Positions 55,563 through 64,000 of a stretch of 64,000 nucleotides of DNA are shown piece after piece. Every line of letters begins with the position of its first letter. Position 1 is the first letter of the stretch. This DNA is from Amoebidium appalachense. Lineage: Eukaryota > Protista > Ichthyosporea. The position numbers and the translations under genes were made by a program. The notes beneath the pieces are model-generated. The model was not told the DNA's origin and ran no database searches. It was given only the letters and a program-made list of their open reading frames with translations. The stretch is taken from contig CAVNZM010000003.1 in the NCBI GenBank assembly GCA_963693365.1, forward strand, positions 10,522,488 through 10,586,487. The letters run 5' to 3'.

Positions 55563-56362
55563 GTGATAAGGTAATAATTAGGCTGTTTGGGTGTTTTCTT
55601 GGTTTGGTGGCACCTTGTGTAAAGGGGCAGAAGCTGAGACCTCAGTCTGATTAGTTGGTGCCTTACGGTTTGCTCTTGCTTTCTCTTGCTTCTTTTCGCA
55701 ATCATGGCAGCCGGAAACGCACAGGAAAGTCGCATTCTGGAGAGGCAAGCAGAGGGGTTTCTTGACAGCCAGGTGAACACGGCCTCGTGGTCGACAGCAG
55801 TGGTGATAGTGATTGAGCGGGGCGTGGCGTATATTCGCAGCCCATCCTCCTCTCGGTGGTTGGTCTTTCGTAGGCTGCTAGCAGCGTTGCTGGACAGGGT
55901 AGTTGCCCAGGAGGGAGACGTGTCCGATCCTCCCACCAAGGAGCAGGTGGACTATCTGTGCCACGTGCTCGAGCTGTGTAAATTTGACCTCGGCAGTTTG
56001 GAGGGGCAGAGAGACGAGGGTTGGGAGCTGTTGGCTTATATCGCTCAGAAGGTTGTCGTCACCAACCAGCAACCATCGCCCTATCGGTTTGTGCATGCCT
56101 ACCAGCCCAGTCAAGATATTCCCGGCACAACCAAGCAGCCTAAAGAGAGCGGAGACGACACGGGCACGGCAGGCAGGGGTGAGTGGGGGCACCAGCAGGC
56201 GTTTTGGGGGGGCTTCTTGGCCGAGGACTCGCAAAACGACGGTGCCAAGCAGGGCAGAGCCACGGTTGAGTCCCTTCGTCTTCGCCCTAAGCCCGCTCCA
56301 GCTAACCAGCAGTTGAGTGAGTCTATTCCAGAGGAGTGGATAACGGACCCTTCCAATTCATG
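55563..56362 (+). mobile_element. Truncated second copy of the YR-element gag region
   Basis: Near-identical reverse complement of about 47418-48217, ending abruptly at ...CAATTCATGG. Confidence 0.92.
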
Positions 56363-58813
56363 GCTGACCCGTGCCTGTTCATCAAGAATGCCGGGACCCC
56401 AACGTTTATTGCCCTTGCTGCCTACGTGGATGACTTCACTGTGGCGGCCGCCACTGATGCGCTCATCGACGATTTTTTCACCAAGCTGGATGCTCGTTTC
56501 TCTGCCAAGGACCTGGGTCGTCCTACCCTGCTCATTGGGCACACACTTACCTGGCTGGAGAGAGCACAGATCAACAAACAAGATAGTAATAGCATAACTA
56601 TAACCAGAGATATTTATGTACACACAAACATGTACACGTCTCTCCCTGAGTGGGTGGATCCGTGTACACACATATAAATATTCTAATCGATATTACAACA
56701 CACGATTAAAGCCGATACAACACGATTACAAGTATACAAGCATATCGGAGATCGATGCTACACTTTACATAATAGGAGTGTGGCATTTACACTAAGCATA
56801 TGAACTGAAACATAACACAAACTGAGAAGATCTTACCATATGTAAATACTACGTATTACAACATCCCCACTTAAGACTTTGAAGTTTGTGTTATCATATC
56901 CCCACTGAACTAGTGAAATCTCCCCACTTGAGAACAGAAACGAAGGAAAAAAATTAAAGTGTGTACTTCTCGGGGGGGGGGGGGGGGGGGGGGGAGGGGG
57001 GGGGGGGGAAGGGGGGGGGGAGGGGGGAAGGAACCGGGGCAAAGAAAACAACGAATATGTATAACGTTTATAGTCGGGGTTGGATTAACTGGGTTTGAAA
57101 CCAGTGAAAGATAGAGTAGAGTCGCGGTACAGGTCAAACCTTATATAAAAACCCTAAGTGGGCATACCCACAAAGGCAATATACATATGAAATAATGATT
57201 ATGGTAAAGTAAGTAGTAAACATTAGAAAACCACTCTTGAAGGAGGACGGGTCAATCGACAATATCCGGCACACAAAGTCGGGCACGATGGGTGACATGA
57301 CTGCACCACTGTGTCTCTGCTTCCGTCCCAAATACTTATATAATTTTACACGTTTTCGTCTCACCCACATGTCCGGCACCAAGAACCCCATCGTCCCGGG
57401 CCAGGCCAGTGAAAGCAACAAGACTCCAGCCTACAGCAAGAAGGAGGACTATGCCAGCCTGGTCGGTGCCCTGCTGTGGATTGCGCGTACCACCCGCCCC
57501 GACATTTCCCAGGCTCTGGGAGTCCTTACTCGACACATTCATGCGCCCACCGTGGACTATGGCTACCAGAGTTGTAAGCTACCTGCTGGCCACCATCGAC
57601 CTGGGTATTGTCTACCGTCCCGGCCCCCCCACCCTTGTTGGCTACTCCGACTCCGACTACGCCGAGGACCGCGACACCCGGCGCTCCACCACGGGCTATG
57701 TCTTCTTCATCAACACCTCCCGGGTGTCTCGGCTCCAGCCCATCACCACCCACAGCTCCACCGAGGCTGAATTTGTGGCCATGTCTGCTACTACGAACGA
57801 GGCCCTATGGATCAACTATGTGATGGACGACCTGGGCCTTAATCCTATCGATGAGCCCACCCCGGTGCCCATCCATGGGGACAATGAGTCTGCCCGGGCC
57901 CTGCTGGACACCCTGGGGGTTAAGCCCAAGACCAAGCACATTGACGTCCGCTACTGCTCCGTCAAGGAACATCACCTGCTGGGCAACATCACTGTCGTCC
58001 CGGTGGCTTCTGCTGACAACAAGGCCGACAATCACATGTTCACCACTGCCATGTCTGCCTCTTTCTTCACCAAGGCCGTGGGGATGCTCAACATGTGCTG
58101 AGCACCCGTCATCAACCAACTGCGCCCTCATACTTCAGGGGGGGGAGTGTTATTTTGTGTGGGTAAACGGAGAAGCAGAGAGCACAGATGGGTGTTATGT
58201 TATACACAACACAGAGACACACGGGAGAAACACAACCGGAGAGGTGGAACGATTTCTGGAACCATAGGAAATGAATACGACTGCTTAATATTTATTCCAA
58301 GATGAAGTCCCTTTTATACTCAGGAATGTGAAATCGATAAACCAATCAAAAGAACGAAAACTCTATTTTCCAATCAGAAAGACGAAAACTATGAGTGTAA
58401 AATATATCGATCGAAATGTCTGTCGACACATAGAATATAAAACTCAATCCTCTAATGAAAGAAACTTCTAATAAAAGCACGGAAACATTTAACAAAATGA
58501 AACCACTTATGTAACTATTAGTTCACAACATACATTTATACATGTTCTTATCATAACACGTCTAAATATAATTATTCCTAATAGTTGGAGAACATAGCAC
58601 AACGCTACGTCGTGAGAAAGGAATGAGAAAGGAATATAAGTTACTATATAGGAAAAATACAAACGAGGTATGATTGGATGACATATATAGATTTTGACAC
58701 AAACGACAATACGTGTGCGCGAGCTAAGTATGTCGATACGTACACAGATCTAAGATATCGGTGTACACGGGAACAGAAAGAAAAGAAAGAAAGGAAGAAA
58801 GGAAAAGGAAACA
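56363..58813 (+). mobile_element. 3' fragment of Copia family 2 (RT-RNase H, PPT, LTR 58148-58813), interrupted by a rearranged family-1 piece
   Basis: DPCLF..YVDD (56363-56558); YASLVGALLW..TRPDI, YSDSDYA, STEAE, KHIDVRY (57351-58101); [15 protein letters not shown]; then TGTT...AACA. Confidence 0.85.
56559..57350 (-). mobile_element. Rearranged Copia family-1 fragment (inverted pol end, UTR and LTR 5' part; plus-strand LTR tip at 57300-57350)
   Basis: 56559-57295 is the reverse complement of about 7155-7900. 57300-57350 matches the last 50 bp of the LTR in plus orientation. Confidence 0.85.
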
Positions 58814-59097
58814 AACTGCTGCTCAACGACGCCGTGGCCAACGTGCTCGTGCCCGCCGGCGAGCGTGCGGTGTCATCGAAGAGTCTGCGATCGGCGGGTA
58901 CGCGGACCGTCGGGAAGTTCCTCGTCGACCGGGGCATCACCGACAGGTCCAGCAGCACGGTCGGCCGGATGCTCGCACGCACGTGGCGCGAGCAGGAGGG
59001 CTGCAAGCCCGAGGAGACGTGGAAGATGGTGCAGGGGGACCTGCGCCCGGTCAAGGTGTACCCCGTGCGCTTCCTGGAGAAGCACGTGCTGGGGTAG
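58814..59097 (+). pseudogene. C-terminal remnant of a viral-type DNA-binding protein truncated by the LTR
   Basis: GRMLARTWREQEGCKPEETWKMVQGDLRPVKVYP resembles the C-terminal motif of phage antirepressor and NCLDV Bro-like proteins. The N-terminal part of the listed ORF is LTR sequence. Confidence 0.45.
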
Positions 59098-59537
59098 CCT
59101 GCCATCCCCAACAATTGGCAGGGCTGCTGTGGGGATGGCGGGTTCGGGTGTGTTTTGTATCATCTGGCTGGCCAGGTGTGTAAAATTCGGGGCCCGGGAT
59201 GCATAATACCTTACAAAGTTTGGTCCAACGGGATTGCATTGCATTTTTTTTTTTTTATTTGGAGCGCACCTGGCCACTCTCAAAATAAATAAAGATATTT
59301 GCGAATGAGTTGAAACAGACTGGCTGGGTCTCGTGATCTAATGTGGGGCGCTCTGATTGGCTGAAACATCGGAGCACTGGCTTTGAATTTCTGCGCGCTC
59401 TGATTGGTCAGAGTGCTGAAATCCCGGACTCGATCGATCTTGGCCGTTTTAAACCAATCAGATCGAATAGCGGGTGAATCCGTTTGACCAGTGAGTTTGG
59501 CACCGACCCCCACCCCAGATTATCTCCCCCTCACTCG

Positions 59538-60212
59538 ATGAAGGTCCTGGACATGTGCATCCCCTACCACGACGATGATTGCCGCATCATCGGCGCCGGC
59601 GTGCTGCCCTACGCCGTGCACGACCGCCGGGTGCTGTTCCTTCTCGGACAGGAGGACAGCGATGGGCGGTACGGGGTGTTTGGCGGGCGGCTCAAGGCGG
59701 GCCTGACAGTGGAGGAGACCACGGTCATGGAGTTCTACGAGGAGACACTGGACACGGTGATCCCGCGACCGATGCTCGAGGGCATCCTGCGGGACCGGGC
59801 GTACGTGCTGCGGTTTGCGGGGGCGGCCGGACCGAACCGCTACTTTATTACATACATGGTGCAGATCCCATTTGACCCGCACCTTCCAAACCGATTCCGG
59901 GCTGCGCGCCAGGCGCTGTCGGAGGGCCAGCTCGCTCTGCCGGGGTCGACGGAGATGCGCGACGGCATGCTGCGGGTCAAGTACGATTTTCTAGAAAAGC
60001 GCAACATGCATTGGTTCCTCGCGGACGAGGTGTTCGAGGTGGCGCTCAAGTCGCGCTGGAACCACCCGGTGCCGGGCATGGCGGGCAACCCAATGTTCCG
60101 GCGGCCGTTCCTGGCGGGGCTCAACAGCCTGGTGCAGTACTTCAACATGGGGCTGTTCCTCAAGGACCTGGCGTGGTGCGAGACCATGACGCCTAGAGCT
60201 GCGGCACGGTGA
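59538..60212 (+). CDS. NUDIX-fold hydrolase of NCLDV type with a degenerate Nudix box
   Basis: GAGVLPY...FLLGQE...FGG.....LTVEETTVMEFYEET and C-terminal FLEKRNMHWF. Confidence 0.75.
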   Translation: MKVLDMCIPYHDDDCRIIGAGVLPYAVHDRRVLFLLGQEDSDGRYGVFGGRLKAGLTVEETTVMEFYEETLDTVIPRPMLEGILRDRAYVLRFAGAAGPNRYFITYMVQIPFDPHLPNRFRAARQALSEGQLALPGSTEMRDGMLRVKYDFLEKRNMHWFLADEVFEVALKSRWNHPVPGMAGNPMFRRPFLAGLNSLVQYFNMGLFLKDLAWCETMTPRAAAR

Positions 60213-60585
60213 CGGACGTGGTGACGGTGCCGGACACGAAGATCGGCCGGTACTGCTTGAACTCGCGCGGCGTCATGTCGGCCAGGCGCACGAGCCCCAG
60301 CGACTCGGGGTCGCCCCCGAGCACCAGCCGGTTGGCCAGCAGCGCGTCGCAACCGTGCTGCACGGCCGCCGGCAGGTATTGGTCTGGGGGCATTGCCTTG
60401 AGGCCCGTGGTGGGCAGGAAGTACAGCGGGCGCGTGGACGCCCACACGGTCACGCGGGTCGAGTCCACGGTCAGCGTGCCCATGAGGCGGTTGGTGACGA
60501 GGACGGGCGAGCAGTCGGCGTCCGTGGTGACGAAGAAGGTCTGCACCGGCGCGCACACGATGGGCTGCGAGGTGACGGCACCCAT
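60193..60585 (-). CDS. Hypothetical protein with a predicted N-myristoylation start (MGAVTS), 130 aa
   Basis: MGxxxS motif, GC3-rich codons, TATAAAG about 40 bp upstream, stop overlapping the convergent NUDIX gene. Confidence 0.6.
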   Translation of the reverse strand: MGAVTSQPIVCAPVQTFFVTTDADCSPVLVTNRLMGTLTVDSTRVTVWASTRPLYFLPTTGLKAMPPDQYLPAAVQHGCDALLANRLVLGGDPESLGLVRLADMTPREFKQYRPIFVSGTVTTSVTVPQL

Positions 60586-60622
60586 ACTGAGACTGGGCGC
60601 AACAATAGCGGGCGGGCTCCCT

Positions 60623-60853
60623 TTATACCTGCGCGGAGGCGGCTGACGCGTACACGCCGTAGATGAGGTACGCAAACACCGTGACGACAAGTGCCACCAG
60701 GATGACGGTGTTCCAGGCCTCGAATCTGGTTTTTACGGCGGCCTCGACGCACTTCTCCTTGGTCATGGAGGTGTAGAGGCTCATGAACGCGGCCATGGAA
60801 CAGACGGCCAGGGCCCAGAAGACAAACATCATCACGTTTGCGAGTGTGGACAT
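60623..60853 (-). CDS. Small two-TM membrane protein (76 aa)
   Basis: MSTLANVMMFVFWALAVCSMAAF...TVILVALVVTVFAYLIYGV contains two hydrophobic helices. Confidence 0.6.
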   Translation of the reverse strand: MSTLANVMMFVFWALAVCSMAAFMSLYTSMTKEKCVEAAVKTRFEAWNTVILVALVVTVFAYLIYGVYASAASAQV

Positions 60854-60880
60854 TGTTGACCGAGGGAATAATGCGGCGGG

Positions 60881-62014
60881 ATGCAGCTTAAGCGGCATTA
60901 TGTGCCGCAACAGCAGATGAGCATCAATGCGGACGAAGTCGTGACAAAGGTTGTCGATGCGCTCATTAAGCTGGACGCAAAGGGCGGCATTAACGTCATA
61001 GGGCAACAGCAGGACATCAAGAACATGGTCGCGAAGCTCATGACCCAAAATAACGTTCTCCTTTCAAGCCACCAGAAAGTGCTCGGCGATATATACAACA
61101 CCCTCCCCTCGGCAATCCAACACGCGCTCGAGAGTTTTTCCAGAAGCGAGAACGCCGCCACCATGCAGGTGGAGCTGGCGTTTGCGGACATGCCCAGCCT
61201 GGACAAGGAGGGCAACACAAGCAAGGACGCACAGAAGGTTACCTGGAGACTACCAATCGACATGTCGGAATTCCGCGGCCAGCTTGCTGGTACGAACCGA
61301 AGCAACGGCGTACTGGCTCGTGAGATTGCCACGGTGCTCGTGCACATACTGCAGGGGATCGGAGACCAGAGCACGTTGCAACGCAAGGGTGTGGACGAGT
61401 CAACCTCGCGTGCCATTATGCTCGATCTGCGCGACGCACGCGAGTCCATCCAGAACGCCGAGACCAACAACCGCGAGCTGGTCGAGCTGCGGGCCAACTA
61501 CAAGTCGCTCAAGGAGACGGTGGAGGACAAGGGCCAGCTGCACGCGGCCAAGCGCGAGAACGAGCTGCTCAAGGACCAGCTGGAGAAGATGAAGCGCAGC
61601 AACCCCGAGTGCGAGCGCTACGTCGAGCACATCCGCCACCTCAACGCGCGCGTGGCCGCGCTGCAGCAGAAGGAGATCCAGTTCAACAAGCTCAAGGACG
61701 ACCACGAGACACTGCTCGCGCGCTACGAGATGCTGCGCGTGCAGTACGTGCGCGTGCGCGTGCAGAAGTGCACGCCGCGGCTGCCGGAGCTTGTGGCCGG
61801 GTTCCCGCACCCCATCAACAAGGACGCACGGGTCATCACGGACCTGTACGGTGCCTACGTCACCGACCGCGAGTCGCGGCGGGCGGCCGGCGAGGACATC
61901 GAGAGTTCCGGCGACGACGACTACGTGGACCAGGAGACGCGCACGCGCATGCAGGCGCGCAAGCGAAGGCTGGCGGAGATGATGAAGCAGGGCAAGGAGA
62001 CGAAGGAGGGGTAG
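60881..62014 (+). CDS. Coiled-coil hypothetical protein (377 aa)
   Basis: Long GC3-rich ORF with heptad-like E/K/L/R-rich C-terminal half and basic RKRR patch. Confidence 0.75.
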   Translation: MQLKRHYVPQQQMSINADEVVTKVVDALIKLDAKGGINVIGQQQDIKNMVAKLMTQNNVLLSSHQKVLGDIYNTLPSAIQHALESFSRSENAATMQVELAFADMPSLDKEGNTSKDAQKVTWRLPIDMSEFRGQLAGTNRSNGVLAREIATVLVHILQGIGDQSTLQRKGVDESTSRAIMLDLRDARESIQNAETNNRELVELRANYKSLKETVEDKGQLHAAKRENELLKDQLEKMKRSNPECERYVEHIRHLNARVAALQQKEIQFNKLKDDHETLLARYEMLRVQYVRVRVQKCTPRLPELVAGFPHPINKDARVITDLYGAYVTDRESRRAAGEDIESSGDDDYVDQETRTRMQARKRRLAEMMKQGKETKEG

Positions 62015-62063
62015 GGGACGGGGATGGGGCAACCCAGGCAATAAAATAGGGGGCTGAAGCAAC

Positions 62064-62192
62064 ATGAGGCTCCTGCCCGACCAATGGACCTTCGACTATA
62101 AGCTCAAGTACGCGCGGCTGTTCGCCACGTTCGTGCTGCTTGCGGCCATGGTGCTGCACCTGCTGAACGAGCTGAACGGGTACTTTATTTGA
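62064..62192 (+). CDS. 42-aa single-TM micro-protein MRLLPDQWTFDYKLKYARLFATFVLLAAMVLHLLNELNGYFI
   Basis: Below the ORF-track cutoff. Same GC3-rich codon usage as its neighbours, with one hydrophobic helix. Confidence 0.5.
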   Translation: MRLLPDQWTFDYKLKYARLFATFVLLAAMVLHLLNELNGYFI

Positions 62193-62300
62193 GAAGTGAG
62201 ACAATACGAACCAATCAAATCATCGGAATTTCTACACCCACGGGTGTCAAAAATGGTTCAAGCCAAAGGCTAAAAATTAACACGACCCCCTCCCGAACCT

Positions 62301-63521
62301 CTAAAGAGTCATGTAGATCTGGTCACCGAACACCAACTCAAGTTCGGTCTTCTGCACCAGGCCGCAGTCCATCTGCACCAGGCGGCGCAGCACATCATAG
62401 AGCTGGGTGTAGGTCAGGTGGGTAATCTTGGGCACCCCGTGCAGGACGTTTGCGGCCTTACACATGGCGGTGTACACGTTGATGTGCGAGCGGTACATGC
62501 CCTGATCGACGTCCACATTCATGTGCCACTTGATGAACGTGTTCCAGTAGCTGGGGTCAAACCGGTGCTCGAACTCCTCGTGGTTGCGCCACAGCACTAT
62601 GGCTGCGTCATGGAACACCTTGCGGGCCAGCTCTCTCCCGTAGTCGGTCTCCATGCAGCGAGCCGCAGGGATTGTTCCAGGGGGAAGGGACACGATGCGC
62701 TGGGGGTGGTCATCGTCGCACTCGTGCATTGCCAGGCGCTCGTTGGCGGAGTCCAGAAGCTCTGCCGTCTGCGTGTACCACTGCTCCATCTTCTCCAGGT
62801 TGTTGGACAGCTGCATGGTGCGGGTCTCGTGCTCAAGGGCACGCGCGGTTGCCTCGGCCAGAGCGGCCTCGACCTGCGCACGGTTCTGGCGGTGCAGTAC
62901 CTTGAAGGCTTGCTCCACAGTCAAGTAGTAGTTACGCACAGCCTGACCAACTGATGTCTCCACCATCATAACCAACAGCTTGAAGGACCTCACGTTCATG
63001 AAAACCTCCAAGGGGGTAGGGCCGCGGTTTGAGGACCTGTGAATGTGGTAAACTGGTTAATTGAAGTTAAATTTTAATACATTCGTCGACCAATCAAAAA
63101 CCGGGACTTTCGGGTCCCGGTACTTGGTTGTTGGATTAAACCTGTTTAAATCAAATAAACAAGAATGTCATGCATGTTTGTTATCGATTGTTAGTTTGCG
63201 ACCAACGGGTCGCGAATTCCCATTTGATAAAATTTCCTCTCTATGCAAGATTTCATACCTCGTGACCTCCGTGGTCTTGTAGTCGATGTCATAGACAAGA
63301 CAGGGCATGCTTCGAAGAGAACGGATGATCCTTTTCCTGGTATCTCTCTCTTCTTTGAAGTCATAAATAAGCGCACCCACACGGGCCCCGCTCAGCTCCT
63401 CGTTGATGGCCAGCTCGTCGATGTCGCCGTCCAGGTCCCAGAACTTGGCGAACTCGCCGAGCAGTGCAGCCTTGGGCCCCAGGGTAGAGGTCAGAGTAGA
63501 TGAAGGTGGAGGGAGTGCCAT
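62301..63521 (-). CDS. MSV199/AntA-like DNA-binding protein with coiled coil; two exons (63521-63259, 63036-62301)
   Basis: Splicing AG|GTATGA...TTAAC...CACAG|G joins DIDYKTTEVT-R-SSNRGPTPLEVFMNVRSFKLLVMMVETSVGQAVRNYYLTVE in frame. TATAAAAG at 63556-63563. Confidence 0.7.
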
Positions 63522-63651
63522 GTTGCAGACTGAGCTCCTGTGGGAGTGTGTTGGCCTTTTATACCTTCGCCAGGAAGCCCTTGAAGTGCAAAAACAAACA
63601 GCCGCAGCGTGCCAAGCCGAAAGCACCTCACATAATGCAAGCCCCTCGTAA

Positions 63652-64000
63652 ATGCCCGCACCGAACGGGTTGTGTCTCGACCGCAAGATGTGCAACTCCC
63701 GCCACTTCAACGGCAACGTCACCCTCGCCATCCGTAAGGGCGCACGCATCCTCAGCAACGGCACGCACCTCGCGAAGAGGGGCGTCCATGCCGTCCAGTA
63801 CACCGTCAAGACCGACATCACGCTGCTCCTTCCCGACCTCGGCCAGCCCGGCCCCGAGAAGCAGCTGCTTCTCGCGCTCTCGCAGCGCACGAAGCTGACG
63901 GCCGTGCAGCAGCGCCGCGCACGCACGCTGTGCCAGGCGTTCGGCGTGGACGGCTGGTACGTCCAGGGCAGCAAGGCCCAGGGCGGGCCCAGGGAGGCCC
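63652..64000 (+). CDS. Partial hypothetical ORF running off the window (MPAPNGLCLDRKMCNSRHF...)
   Basis: Open from ATG 63652 to the window end with GC3-rich codons, divergent from the MSV199-like gene. Confidence 0.55.
   Translation, partial: MPAPNGLCLDRKMCNSRHFNGNVTLAIRKGARILSNGTHLAKRGVHAVQYTVKTDITLLLPDLGQPGPEKQLLLALSQRTKLTAVQQRRARTLCQAFGVDGWYVQGSKAQGGPREA

Larger units (their letters stand above)
58814..64000. mobile_element. Probable endogenous large DNA virus segment (NCLDV- or mirusvirus-like), continuing beyond the window
   Basis: Abrupt loss of microsatellites, dense abutting ORFs with GC-rich third positions and abundant CGC/GCG, viral-type NUDIX and MSV199/AntA-like genes. No capsid, polB or packaging ATPase in the window. 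Confidence 0.65.

Noticed and set aside
63168-63974. 268-aa minus-strand ORF as listed
   Set aside because: Its first 150 codons are antisense to the GC3-rich plus ORF from 63652. The likely start is ATG 63521 below a TATA box, and the 3' end reads into the predicted intron.

Overview
Repeat-rich eukaryotic DNA (poly-C/G, CA and GA microsatellites, GT-AG splice signals) dominated by nested mobile elements, ending in a gene-dense, CpG-rich, large-DNA-virus-like block. In order: (1) a young full-length Ty1/Copia element (1802-8526, TSD CCAAC) inserted into one copy of a duplicated intronless triple-AP2 gene (uninterrupted copy 15389-16348); (2) truncated and non-autonomous relatives of that Copia family; (3) a duplicated divergent two-gene module encoding a 25-29 aa cationic amphipathic micropeptide that is conserved at codon level, plus a longer partner sharing its N-terminal motif; (4) inside copy 2 of that module, a nest of hAT-like TIR element > tyrosine-recombinase (YR) retrotransposon > 10.4-kb non-coding CACTA-like element carrying satellites; (5) an RT-less Ngaro/PAT-type element with split direct repeats, gag and YR; (6) a patchwork of element fragments ending in an apparently inverted LTR; (7) from about 58.8 kb, a probable endogenous large DNA virus segment (NUDIX, MSV199/AntA-like gene with a predicted spliceosomal intron, small membrane proteins). 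The CGC/GCG avoidance and viral insertion would fit a unicellular holozoan such as Amoebidium, but that is inference. All coordinates and motif calls were made by eye, without database searches.
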